A DNA stretch of 62,174 nt, the filler included, from Choristocarpus tenellus KU-1152 (lineage: Eukaryota > Protista > Phaeophyceae), in the NCBI GenBank assembly GCA_964200185.2. It is 10 parts of 10 records of this genome, joined end to end, with 100 filler letters (N's around TTAATTAATTAA, not from the genome) between each part and the next. Parts side by side here need not be neighbours in the genome. Positions count along the whole stretch, not along the records: positions 1 to 21,020 come from CAXNAD020000364.1; positions 21,121 to 28,806 come from CAXNAD020005755.1; 8 more parts are not named here. One strand, written 5' to 3'. This document shows, in pieces, positions 13,944 through 24,728 of this stretch (positions are counted from its first letter, which is position 1; the number at the start of each line of letters is the position of its first letter). The notes beneath the pieces were generated by a model that saw only the letters and a program-made list of their open reading frames with translations, searched no databases and was not told the origin of the DNA. The translations under genes and the position numbers were made by a program.

Positions 13944-14119
13944 GGCTCAAAGTATCTGGGGGGGGAGGGGGGTCTACACCAGGGCGTCCATTTGGACCAT
14001 AACCAGGAAAAGTGCACTTACATTATACACCGACGTATGCAACCAAATCACACAAAAATTGTGACATGAAGAAATTGACCCAAATGGACAGCCGCCACCC
14101 CCCCCAGATGCTTTGAGCC
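13944..14119. mobile_element. MITE family A
   Basis: TIR GGCTCAAAGTATCTGGGG..CCCCAGATGCTTTGAGCC; TSD AAT. Confidence 0.92.
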
Positions 14120-14179
14120 AATACGTGTCCTGGCCTGCCTCATTGATTCGATAGTGTACATTATTTGTCTACCTGGCTA

Positions 14180-15760
14180 CTAAGGGTCATTGCTAGGTCC
14201 TAAACCGCAGCACTGCAAGAGTTTTTCAAATTTCCGTATTGGTACCACCCAGAGGCTCCGTTTAGGGATACCCACCTTTGCTTGCCCCTGGTGCCATTCA
14301 CTGGGAGCAGGTAATTGTACCTCAGAAATCTGCTTGGTCATATTCAGCACCCTCGGCAACCAGTGTTCATTAACAACCTGGCATACCGTGCCAGACTGTT
14401 TTTCGTTCTCTGTTTCCAGTGCAATGAGGCCCCTCTCGAGATGCCAAAGAGTGGGATTTGTAGGCCACTGTCTTGATGATACGGAGTACTTTGCATCCTT
14501 CGTGCTGCCCCTCAAACAGGAAAACCAGAGGCTGTCATTCAAGGTCTATGTGGTTGCATGGGAGTATGAACTTTCCCTCATAGCACTTTTACAACCGGTA
14601 GGAAACATTGGTGGTGGGAGATCAGGGATCGACACTCTAATCAGCGCAACCAAAGGGACCAAGGTGAAAGCTGTGAGGAATCCATACATTAATCAGTGCA
14701 ACCAATGGGACCAAGGCGGGAATGTGATCTGCACTCTGTTTGTGTCGTCAGTGCTCATATCCGTTTCTCGGATAAACACATGGCGAAGATGATCTGAGTG
14801 AAAGTATCTTAGAGGGTACAAGTCTGGCCCTTTTTGTCCGTTTGGGGCTTGGCTTCCCAGAGGTTTCTTATGGCATTTTCCTGCTCTGAAATGTTTTGTA
14901 GTAGGAAATTTATATGTTTTGAAAAGGTGTGTCTGGAACAAGGATATTGACACTTCCTAACAAACGCGATAGCGAAAATTACATCAAAATTGCAACATAG
15001 GATTATAGCCCCCAAATAGACGCGGCTCTACCCTCCAAGATACTTTGGCTCATCTTTCTATCTTCCTTTCCCTCCTGGGTATTCCTTGCAACAGTATTCC
15101 CTTGTGTGTGTAGTCCCCTACAATCTAGCGCAATAATTTGTTTACGCTTTGTATACCACGATTCACTCGTCTACAGAATTATACTCGCTCAGACAAACAT
15201 TTGACAACAATCCTGTTGGGCAATAATCCAGTCAAGTGCTCCTAAGCCTCACCGGAAACAACCACAAAGGGCTTTGCCAATCTTCTTTCAACAGGATGGG
15301 GTTGCAAGTCTCTCACCCACACAAAACTGTGCTTGAGTAGTATGGGCGGACTGTGCTGGGAGGGCATGCGTGTGGGAAAAAGAGGAGGAGAAGCTCCTCC
15401 AAATCGCAGTCAGAGTGTTCAAGCAGCACCAGGAGGAAAGGGGCAGGGGGTGGTAGTGCCCGGATATCAGGGGTGGGCTTTGCCGAGGGAGTGGGTGTCC
15501 ATGCCTATCTGTGCTGCAGAAGCAAATGGCATAGCTAGAGTACATGTGTAATTGCGGGGACTGTGCATAACTTTGACCTTCAGAACGGCTGACAGGGAAT
15601 TCGAGACTGACGAAGGCATCACAAACAAGGGCCCTGATCGACATGATAGAATCAAATAGACCATGTTCTGGGTCATCCATTCTCTTAATCATGTTCTGAA
15701 AAATGGTTGGACTATGGGTAGAGAGGAAGGGGTGTGTGTCTGAGATGGCTACATAGAGAC
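14180..15760 (-). mobile_element. Unclassified decayed repeat, copy B (interrupted by MITE-B)
   Basis: Right part matches 12031-12885 and left part matches 16080-16480. Residual broken ORFs on the minus strand. Confidence 0.65.
14796..15051. mobile_element. MITE family B
   Basis: Full TIRs; 4-bp TSD ATCT. Confidence 0.92.
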
Positions 15761-16079
15761 CCCCCCCAAAAATCGCTGTGGGTAGGATAGGTGACTGGCT
15801 GGGTAGAGCAATCGTCTCACCCTAAATTACACAGCGGTTAGCTGCACGTTTTCTTTCGAAATGAGTAGTAGTTGGAACAAATCTGACAGGGGGTTTTCTC
15901 GATCTCTTCAAATGTCTCCATAGATGAAAGGAAAGGGGAACAGTATGAAGATAAGTATATATATCCGCTCCATCCCGCCTCCAAAAGTTGGTGTTGACTG
16001 GTTGGCTGATTAGATTACTGACTAGCTGACTGACTGGGGTCATTATTGCGCCATACATTGCATGATGGCAAGTTTTGCG

Positions 16080-16480
16080 ATCTCTTCGAATATTTCCATA
16101 TTGGTACTCAGAGGCATCCTTTAGGGGTACATGCCTTTGCTTACACCTAGTGCCACAACCTGAGAAGGCGATTATTCCTCAGGGATATATCGCTTGGTTT
16201 TTCCTCGTTATCCTTGGCAACCGATGTTCCTTAGTCTTGACTTAGCAGTCTGACACTGCTTACCCCTCTGTTCGCACTCATTGTTCCCAGTGCAAAGAGG
16301 CCTGTCATGCCAGATTTGTAAGCAATCGCCCTGACAAAACTACTGTTGTAACTCTACAAATTGCCACTTGGAATGGACAACGCAACGGTGCCTTTTAGGT
16401 CGACGTGAGTGCATGGGAGTAAGGACATTCCTCCATTGCACCTTACAATGCATAGAAGATGTTGGTGGTGAACAAGGGTC
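16080..16480 (-). mobile_element. Unclassified decayed repeat, copy C
   Basis: Shares tttcc(g/a)tattggtac..cagaggc..tttaggg, cggcaacc/tggcaacc, ccagtgcaa.gaggcc and tgcatgggagta with 14230-14620. Confidence 0.6.
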
Positions 16481-16699
16481 GTTATGGTAGTGAATTTATC
16501 CTGGTAATGAGTACAGAATTTGAACAGGTTTTATTGTGCCATGATTTACCATAGGATTCTGACCACGGTGGTGGTTATCACTCCTGTACTATATTGTGGA
16601 AATCCCAGAAATATCATGAAAAATCTGAGAGATATATTTATACTAGAAAACACTAACTTAAAAGCTTGGTAATTACAATTTTATGTATGCATTGTTGCT

Positions 16700-17900
16700 A
16701 TGCCTCCAACCTACCTTATCCCTACACAACTGGGCGAGGACCTAAGGAAATATTCCAAGAATCTGACAGACCCCTCCTTGCCCATCTAGCTGCTGTCTCC
16801 AGCTTGAAAGGTATGAAACCATCGAAGTGTGCTGGTGTACCTCTCCCCCAGCCCTAGGGCAGGTACGAGAATGTTGGGTGTCGATATTTTACCTGCTCCA
16901 ACCGGTCACTGGCAATGGGTCTAAACTCTCCAGAAGGCATCTGGCGTGCTGGTTGCAGGGGTCGAGTGAAGGCCCATGCATTTATACCTTGTTGACACTG
17001 GCTCTGGTGGCAGGCCAGGGCTAGGAAGGAACTTTCCCTCTCTTATTCTGCATTGTCTGGGAGGTTGGCCAATTGCATCCAGAAAGAGTCCAACCGGATC
17101 CTCTTCAGGAGACAGGTGATCTCATGTTGTACCCTCCTTGTGATCCTGGTGTCATGGGCTGCTCTGCTAGGGTGTGAACCTCTGGGACAGGGGAGGGGTT
17201 GTTCCTCCCCAGGCTACCCAGCCTTGGACCATAATTCCCACCAAGTCTTCCAAAGGGACTCCTGCTGAGAGGAGGGTGTGGATGGATGATCCCAGGGCCC
17301 AAACTGTGGGACTCGTGCAGATGGCTTTTAAAAAACATGTTGCCTTGGTAGAAGGGCAGGGAGAGTGTGGCCATTCGTGGTCCTATAAAAGCTGCATGCT
17401 GGCGATGTGTCATGGAGGATAGGCCCAACCCCTCCAAACTTCTGTGCACTGTGCCTGTACTTGGTATGTTTCCAGTCGAAGAGACTATTTTCATGTATTT
17501 TTAACTCCATTATCTTCTCTAGAGTCCACAACGAGGTGTTGTGTGCTTATTCCATGGTTGAGTCTGCCAGGTGAGGGGAGTGACCCTTACCAAATATCCC
17601 AAGCAGGAAGAGAGGGACCAGGAGTTGAGGAGCCAATCAACTTGTTTATCCTCCATCTCACTCAGGTGTATGGCCAGCATTCATAACCCTGAGCTCTCAA
17701 TCGCCCCAGCCATGTTGGCTTGGATGAACTCATCTGTCCCCAATGGAGCCCCTAGCATGACAAAACCATTTGGACCCAGAGCCAGATTGATTCCTACTGT
17801 GCCTAGGAATTCCAGTTCTGAGGGCGTGAGCTGGTGCCCTGGGGTGGTACAGGAAAGGTTGGTTATCCATGTCCAGGACTTTGCTTACCTCATTTAGATC
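16700..17900 (-). mobile_element. Decayed non-LTR retrotransposon (CRE/R2-like, RLE group), RT C-terminus/thumb/CCHC region
   Basis: GFVMLGAPLGTDEFIQ, GLGLSSM..QHAAFIG and HSRTCPRAGGG..H across frameshifts and stops. Confidence 0.7.
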
Positions 17901-18022
17901 CGTCTTAAGCTATTTTTATTGTTTGTATGCCAAAAACGAATACAGGTATTAAGTTGTTGGTTTTCCCTTGTCGTTGGTTTGTTTAGGAAGAAAATCGACT
18001 AGAAGAAAAAATTGAGGCTTTT

Positions 18023-18860
18023 CACTGGGTCAGCAAATTTAAAATGTCCTGTCCACTAGCTATATAGCCGGTCCATGTCCATGTCCGAACCAGTCCCACA
18101 GTTATTTAGCATGTTCCAGTCCATCTCACTAAATATATTGTACCAGTTCATGTCCATGTCTGGACCAGTCCCACAGTATTTTACATATCCCGGTCCATGT
18201 CCACAGGGTATTGTACAGGTCCATGTCCACCATCTAGCCAGTCTGACTCTTTTCCTTGCATGTCCAGACAATGTCCACTCTGTGTTATACATCACATTCA
18301 CACACACACAAATCACCTCAAACACCCAACAATGTATTCGTAGTATTTACATTTTAAATATTCTAACTAAAACAATCTGAAATAATGTAGAAAGATCACG
18401 TAGAGATTTGAAATTTAGGATAGAATATTCAAGAGTGGTGAAATAAAAAATAAGAGGCACGGTCATGACGTTGCTGGTATATGTAGTGTCAAAAAATATT
18501 ACACTGACAAACCATAGATAATTTTTTTTAACATGGTCGAGAGCCCATGGCAATCGCTCACTCGACATGACCTGGCCCACTGGCTGGCCATGTATCATGA
18601 AGTTTGAACATGGCTGAGTCTATGGCCATCACTTACTCAACATGATCAGGGTCACCACTGGTCATGTATACCAGGTTTGAACATGACCAAATCCATGGCC
18701 ACTGAACATTTCAACATGGCTGGGGCACGAACTGGCCCGTGGTCATATTGCCAACAGTGGAGATGTTAGCTGCCCAGCCCCTATGAAAACTCCTGGATTT
18801 CTCTCGCCTTTCTCGTCATAACTTGAATGGACTATGTGAAGAGTGATGGGCAGTGGCTCG
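18023..18860 (-). repeat. ~0.9-kb non-coding dispersed repeat, copy 2
   Basis: Starts cactgggtcagcaaat; reverse complement of 11015-11908 with scattered substitutions. Confidence 0.85.
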
Positions 18861-19239
18861 AGGTGGCATGTAAGTCAGTTGCATATTTGGTACAGTTAAC
18901 GCAAAGTGAACTCAAGTCTAAGTGGGGGCAAAGCCAACCAGAGAAAAAGAACAATATGATACGAGACACAACTAATGGTTTTGATTCGAAGATCAAATTA
19001 CAAAGAAACAAACTTGAATCACTATCTGAAACAATTCATATGGCACATACTATGCTTGTATGTTTGACAGATGTTGGTTGCTCCATACTTTGTATCCAAG
19101 ATGTTCTAACAGTAGTTGATGATGCTATGATGAGGTGCTAATGATGTAAATGTGAGTAACAACCAGTACTGATGTGTAAATCAACAGTCCGTATGAACTG
19201 GTAACACTGTATCATATCAAGTACACAAAAGATGGGTAG

Positions 19240-20430
19240 CCTATGTATTAACATCACAAACACCCACTGACAAAGAACCAAAGTTCATCCCATTCCACGA
19301 AAATCCACCAACCTGTGCTGGTGTGCCATTTGCCTTGCTTTCTCTATCTCCAGTTTCACTAGTGTTCTTAACGTCACCTCTCCCCTTTCCTTTCCCATTT
19401 CTCCTCTTCCATCTAGTGTTTAATCCAGAATGACTCGATCCTTGCCCAATCACCCCAACGGCCCCAGCGCGTTTAGGACAACAGTAAGTCTTGTGCCCTG
19501 TTACTCCACAAACATAGCAGGCACCTGCGCAAGATCTGGAATGCAAGAAATCAATAGAAGGGCAAGAAGATTGGGAGTGCGGTCCTCCACACAGCACTCC
19601 ACACGTTCTGGTTGTTAATCCTCTTGACGCCCTGTAGTTTCGCCTCTCGCACAGGCTCCACTCATTGTCAGTGTCCCATCACTGCTCTCCATCTGTCGTT
19701 CTTGTTGACTTTTATGCATCCTTCATGTCTCACAAGCCCTCCTTTGATTGTCAAGTCTGGCTGCATGTCCCCTTCCAGTAACCTTGGGGCAATTGTGAAT
19801 TGTGCTTAGCTGGGCCTTGCTAGTCTCATCATCAATTGAACTCATCTCCTTCACTAGCTTATTCGGTGTATAATAACAATGGTTGGATCTTTTTCTATAG
19901 GTAGATGTAGAGACAATTTAACTTGGACCGCAAAATGGCTCTTTCTGCAATCCCATTCCGAGCAAAATGATTCCTAACTGCCTCAAATACTTCGGACAGA
20001 CTTTTGTGGTTTTCAGCCATTTGTTGTGCAAGTCCACCAAAGGCTATCACCAAAGTCGCCGTAGCCATGCTGGATTCCTGAACTTGTTTCTTAGAGTCCA
20101 TCTCATTGCATCAAACTCGATGCACCTCACTCGTATTTGGTCCTTGGTCACAAGAACGTCCTTCCATCCACCCATTGAAGCACACGTAAGGAAGTTAGTT
20201 GCTCTCGAAAGTAGGAAAACCTTCCCTGCCATCATCACTGTTGTACACCATGAACCTTACAGGGAGTGGGATCAGTCGCTCCAGGCCTTCTCCTGTAGTC
20301 CTTGCATGGTGCGCGGTTCTTCCCTCTATTTTCCACTATTCTTATTGCACGTTTGCTGTTATACCAATGGTGGCCTCCATTGGAACTCCTCCTCTGATCG
20401 ATTCCCGCTAGCCTTGAAAACTTAGCACAC
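19240..20430 (-). mobile_element. Decayed LTR-retrotransposon gag with zinc knuckles
   Basis: CGGPHSQSSC and CYVCGVTGHKTYCC (CX2CX4HX4C); frameshifted upstream gag-like ORFs. Confidence 0.7.
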
Positions 20431-20680
20431 TTCAGCAAGTAATGCTAACTAGCATGTTAAAGAAGCTGATGTTTCCCAAGACTTGTGTATAAAAATTACT
20501 TGTAGATGAAGTAAGGAAGGAGAAAGGAGTGAGTGGGCTTTTAAGCTCAAGGAGTGGGGTGGTCCTTGCCACCAAATCAAATCCTATTCCGTGAATCACT
20601 AATCACCAATTACTAATCATAGATTACTTGCTACAATGTTTCCTATTCCTCACCTCTTCCATGTTCCAGTTCAATACCTA

Positions 20681-20815
20681 CCCCGATTTTATGCCAACTA
20701 TTATGAACCAAATCGAAAAAATATGCAAGTTTGTACCGCTTTTTTCGACATGCTAAAAAAAATAGACTTTTGTACCGGAATTCTCGTATTCGGGCGATTT
20801 GGCACAAAATCGGGG
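20681..20815. repeat. 135-bp element bounded by a 17-bp inverted repeat (possible third MITE)
   Basis: ccccgattttatgccaa ... ttggcacaaaatcgggg (1 mismatch); single copy in the window. Confidence 0.5.
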
Positions 20816-21020
20816 AGATATTCACGCGAATTTGGCTCGCGCGTAAAAAATTTCTCGCGAAAAGTGCCTTTCTTCCTGAGTCATGACCACACAGCAGTAC
20901 AGTACGTTGCTGGTAGGGTAATAAAGTGGAAGCCATGCCTTGTGCCTCTGCAAGATGCCTTCAAATACACCGGGTCCGCCTTTCTACACAATCCACAAGT
21001 GCCGTTAGTGCGGTGGGTAC

Positions 21021-21120
21021 NNNNNNNNNNNNNNNNNNNNNNNNNNNNNNNNNNNNNNNNNNNNTTAATTAATTAANNNNNNNNNNNNNNNNNNNNNNNN
21101 NNNNNNNNNNNNNNNNNNNN
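21021..21120. other. Artificial contig linker
   Basis: N44-TTAATTAATTAA-N44 (stops in all six frames). Confidence 0.97.
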
Positions 21121-21187
21121 TGACTTTGGTCCAAATTGACACCCTGCTGTAGACCCTCCCACCCCCCACCCCCAGATACTTTGCGTC
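21121..21187. mobile_element. MITE family A, partial (contig start)
   Basis: gacaccctg..gtagaccc..cccagatactttgcgtc. Confidence 0.8.
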
Positions 21188-22205
21188 AGGAATCACTAAA
21201 ACTTGACACTTACAACGCTTCTAGAAAACTTAATCAAGATATAGAAAAACATCTCCAACCTGACAGTGTGGACATCAAATCCAGAATTGATTCTCCATAA
21301 ATATCCCGCTAAGATATGAACCATGACCCCGAATGCTTTCAGATACAGTATCATAATTCGTATCATATTCTGTATATTAAATGATTGTGCGATATCAATC
21401 AAACCTAATCAATCAGTCAACCAACGATCCGTCAAAGCTCAACTGCAAATGGCTGTGGTGTTTGTCCTTTGCACAGTCCGCAACATTAAAAGCACGGGTG
21501 GTGAACTGTGTGTGGCCTTGGTTTTTGATGAAGAGAGAGTGAACAGTAAGGGTCTATGGGACATGAAACTCTTCCTTCAGTTTCTGATGTGCATTGCCCT
21601 TTATTCTACGTGTCTCTGAGCATGTTGCACCTGATGGTGGAGGAAACGTTGCATATACTCTGCAACCTGCTGCAACATATTGCGTCAAGCTGGTTAGAGT
21701 CACAGGTAACGGACCACATTGCAGGTTGGTGACATACGCAATTGTTTCAAGATTTCAAGTGAGATCAATAGCTGGTAGGGTTGTAGTATAAATTTCACTC
21801 TTTTTAATCTGGGGACTATCCCAACCCATGGTCAGAGGCTCTGCATTTTGCATACCACCTTCTCATTGCCTTTCTCTCTTTGGGTTGGCTAACTTCATAC
21901 TACATCCCTCTTTCCCTTTACATTATTTCTTTAGATGTGACATGCGACGAGCAGTGTTCTTCAGATCAGATGGACCTGGCGTGACTCAAGTTTTGGGAGT
22001 TTGAGTATCATCATTACACCAACATGGATTCTCTCCGTTACCCTGTTCGATACACTGGTTAACTTAGTTCTTCCCCAGTTTTTGCTTTCTAATCCTTTTT
22101 CCTGTTGCAGTATTTGTATCTCTCTCAGGTGGTTTGTATTGGCTTCCTCTCCAATCCCTCAGATAAAATATGACGTAACAATTGTGGCACAAAAAAAATA
22201 GACCC

Positions 22206-22388
22206 GGCTCATAGTATCTGTGTTGAGGGGGGCGGGTCTACTCCAGGGTGTGCCTTTGGGCCCTGACCAGGAGAAGTGCATTTTCTTTACCCATCCGACG
22301 CATGCAACCAAATTCACCAAGAAATCACGACATGGAAGACTGGGCCCCGAATGGACAGCTGCTACCCCCTCCCCTGATACTTTGAGCC
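22206..22388. mobile_element. MITE family A
   Basis: ggctcatagtatctg..gatactttgagcc; flanks accc/gccc. Confidence 0.88.
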
Positions 22389-23637
22389 GCCCTTCTTGCA
22401 GGGCTGGACCCCTCGTGGGTTGTGCGTCTACAACGGAGGGACAGGGGAGAGGAAGGGGCGTGGAGCGACTCCTTGCATCTTTGAGCACGAGAGAGTTTAT
22501 CTTGAAGTGAAGGCATTGCATCGAAATCTGACCTGCATACGGACTATACTATGGAGTACACATAGTAGGACTCAAAATGTCATACAACTTGCAAAGGGGC
22601 AAAACAGATGTATACTGTCACTGCTGACGCATACAGACAGGTAGGCAAACAGACAGACGGATGGGCGGACGGACAGGAATTACTTGTTTTAGATGGTACG
22701 TACGTGAGAGAGACTCCAAGAATCTGGGATGGTGATTTATTTCTTGTGGATCTTTTACTTTTTAAATTTTGGAACGAGTATATGTGTGAAGTGAGCCCTT
22801 ACTGGTAATCGTATGTAGAAAGGAACAATAGGACTCGAACTTCTGTTTAAATAGGCCTTTGTTCACTGCCATGGCTTCCTTCTTTACCTGTTGGGGCTCA
22901 GACGTGCCTCAGAATTTCAAGATATTTGTCTTATCTTATCTCGTATTATTTTTCCGTTTAGCATATTTTTCCAGACCACACCCACAACAGTCCCTTCAAG
23001 TGGAACTCCAAGGCAGGTTGAGATTGGAAGTGAGGCATATGAGACTTCCTCTTGTCTACTTGTAGACGTTTAGAACAACCCTGTACTACACACGTCTAAA
23101 AATATTCCCAAATCCTATATATGCGTCTACAACCGAACTCTGGAGGCGGTTAAGATTATACCGAAATCTGGAACCGTTCTTTTCTGGAATGCACTGATGC
23201 AGAGTGGAATTGACACGCTATGAAACAGAACTACCCTCTGATATATAGGGTGTGGTACTAGTTTTTCAGTATCTAACCACTTTAATTCCAGAACATGTCT
23301 ATTTTTTAATTCTGAACCTAAATCAGAGTGAAGAATTTCAGGGGCACCAAATATTGAAAGTATGAGTTCAAACAAGTTTTTGCAACGGTCACTTCTTGTT
23401 TGTCTGGAGTGGAAACGACAAAGGCAACGCGTGTCTATTGGCAAATAGTCGGAAGAACAAATCGACATCCCTGGTAAATGATCGTATACCGTACAAGATC
23501 AACAGCAACCCATTCAAATGATTGAGTGGTAGGAATTTTCCTTGAGGCAAGGTAGGACGTCTGTGAGAAGTGTTTTGTCGTTGGCAAAGTTGACACCTCT
23601 CACACCAATCTCTCATGTCTTTCTGAAACATGGGTCA

Positions 23638-23930
23638 GGCTCGAAGTATCTGGGGGGGGAGTGGCAGGTGTCCATTTGGGGCCAATTTTATAATGTCATG
23701 ATTTTTGGGTGATTTGTTTGCATATGTCGGATGGATAATGTAAGTGCACTTTTCCTGGTTATGGCCCGAATGGACACCCTGGTATAGACCCCCCCCCCCC
23801 CCCCCCCCCACCACTCCGTTATGTTAAACNNNNNNNNNNGGGGGGGTGATTGTGGGTCCCCTTTCTCGCTGTTGCCCGGGAGGGCGCCCCGTGGTAAGCC
23901 CCCCCCCCCCCCCCCCAGATACTTTGGGTC
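23638..23930. mobile_element. MITE family A inserted in Gypsy integrase zinc finger (spans a small gap)
   Basis: TIRs at both ends, flanked by GTCA/GTCA. Splits the YW(W)P-MFQKD segment. Confidence 0.8.
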
Positions 23931-24560
23931 GTCACCAGTATCAGTCTCATACCTTGTCCAGTGTGTGGGAAAAGACGTAAGTGACCTCCCGAAATAGGGT
24001 GATAGTGACAGGCATGCAATACCAGGGATTTGTCATTCTTTTGAAACCACTAATTGACCCCAAGAAGCACGATGTTTGCATGTATGTTGCTCGGGAAATA
24101 TGATTGGCAGAGTAAGTTGGTTTCAGCATCTACATTATTGTACGATACAATATATGTTGACTCCAGTGGGGGTGAAAGTGTTGAGTTGGGGGCCTCAAAA
24201 TACGCAAAATGAGGGGGAGATCGATTCACTTCTGCTGAACGGGTTTTGATGTGATCAAAAGTTGGGAAAGTATTAATTGAACTTCTGAAAAGTTCACGGA
24301 CACTCTGCATGGCAACCAGTTCATGAAGGCGGCTTGGAAAAATATTATCTGCTTGACGTGGGGCTAAAGTATTTGGCATGACATTTCCCGTAATATTGAT
24401 ACAAATGGGGGCAAGAGTTGTTGGCATTCGGTTGATCTCACACGCAAATATGTGAGAGAGGTCATCAGCTACCATTCTGTCTCTGCCTGGCTTATGATGA
24501 ACAGAAAAATCTACTCATTGGAGAGTAAAGGCCCAACGTGTCAGCTTATTTTGTGTATCT

Positions 24561-24728
24561 TATATGTAAATGGTTAGGGTTAGTATGTATACAACTATGA
24601 AAAGTGTGTCCGGAGCAAGGATATTGACACTTCCTAACAACTACCATAGCCAAAATTGCACCAAAATCGCAACATTGGGTTTGGGACCCCAAACGGACGT
24701 GCCCCTACCCTCTTTAATGCTTTGACTC
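24561..24728. mobile_element. MITE family B, one-ended, within Gypsy pol
   Basis: gtgtccggagcaaggatattgacacttcctaac..ccctctttaatgctttgactc. Confidence 0.8.

Noticed and set aside
14190-14792. Long plus-strand ORFs (also 44502-45143, 51907-52485 and 56301-56909)
   Set aside because: Antisense shadows of decayed elements or intronic open frames with no recognisable motifs
21021-21120. Recurrent TTAATTAATTAA palindrome as a biological motif
   Set aside because: Always centred in an identical 100-bp N block, so it is an artificial contig joiner. Gene neighbourhood across linkers is meaningless.
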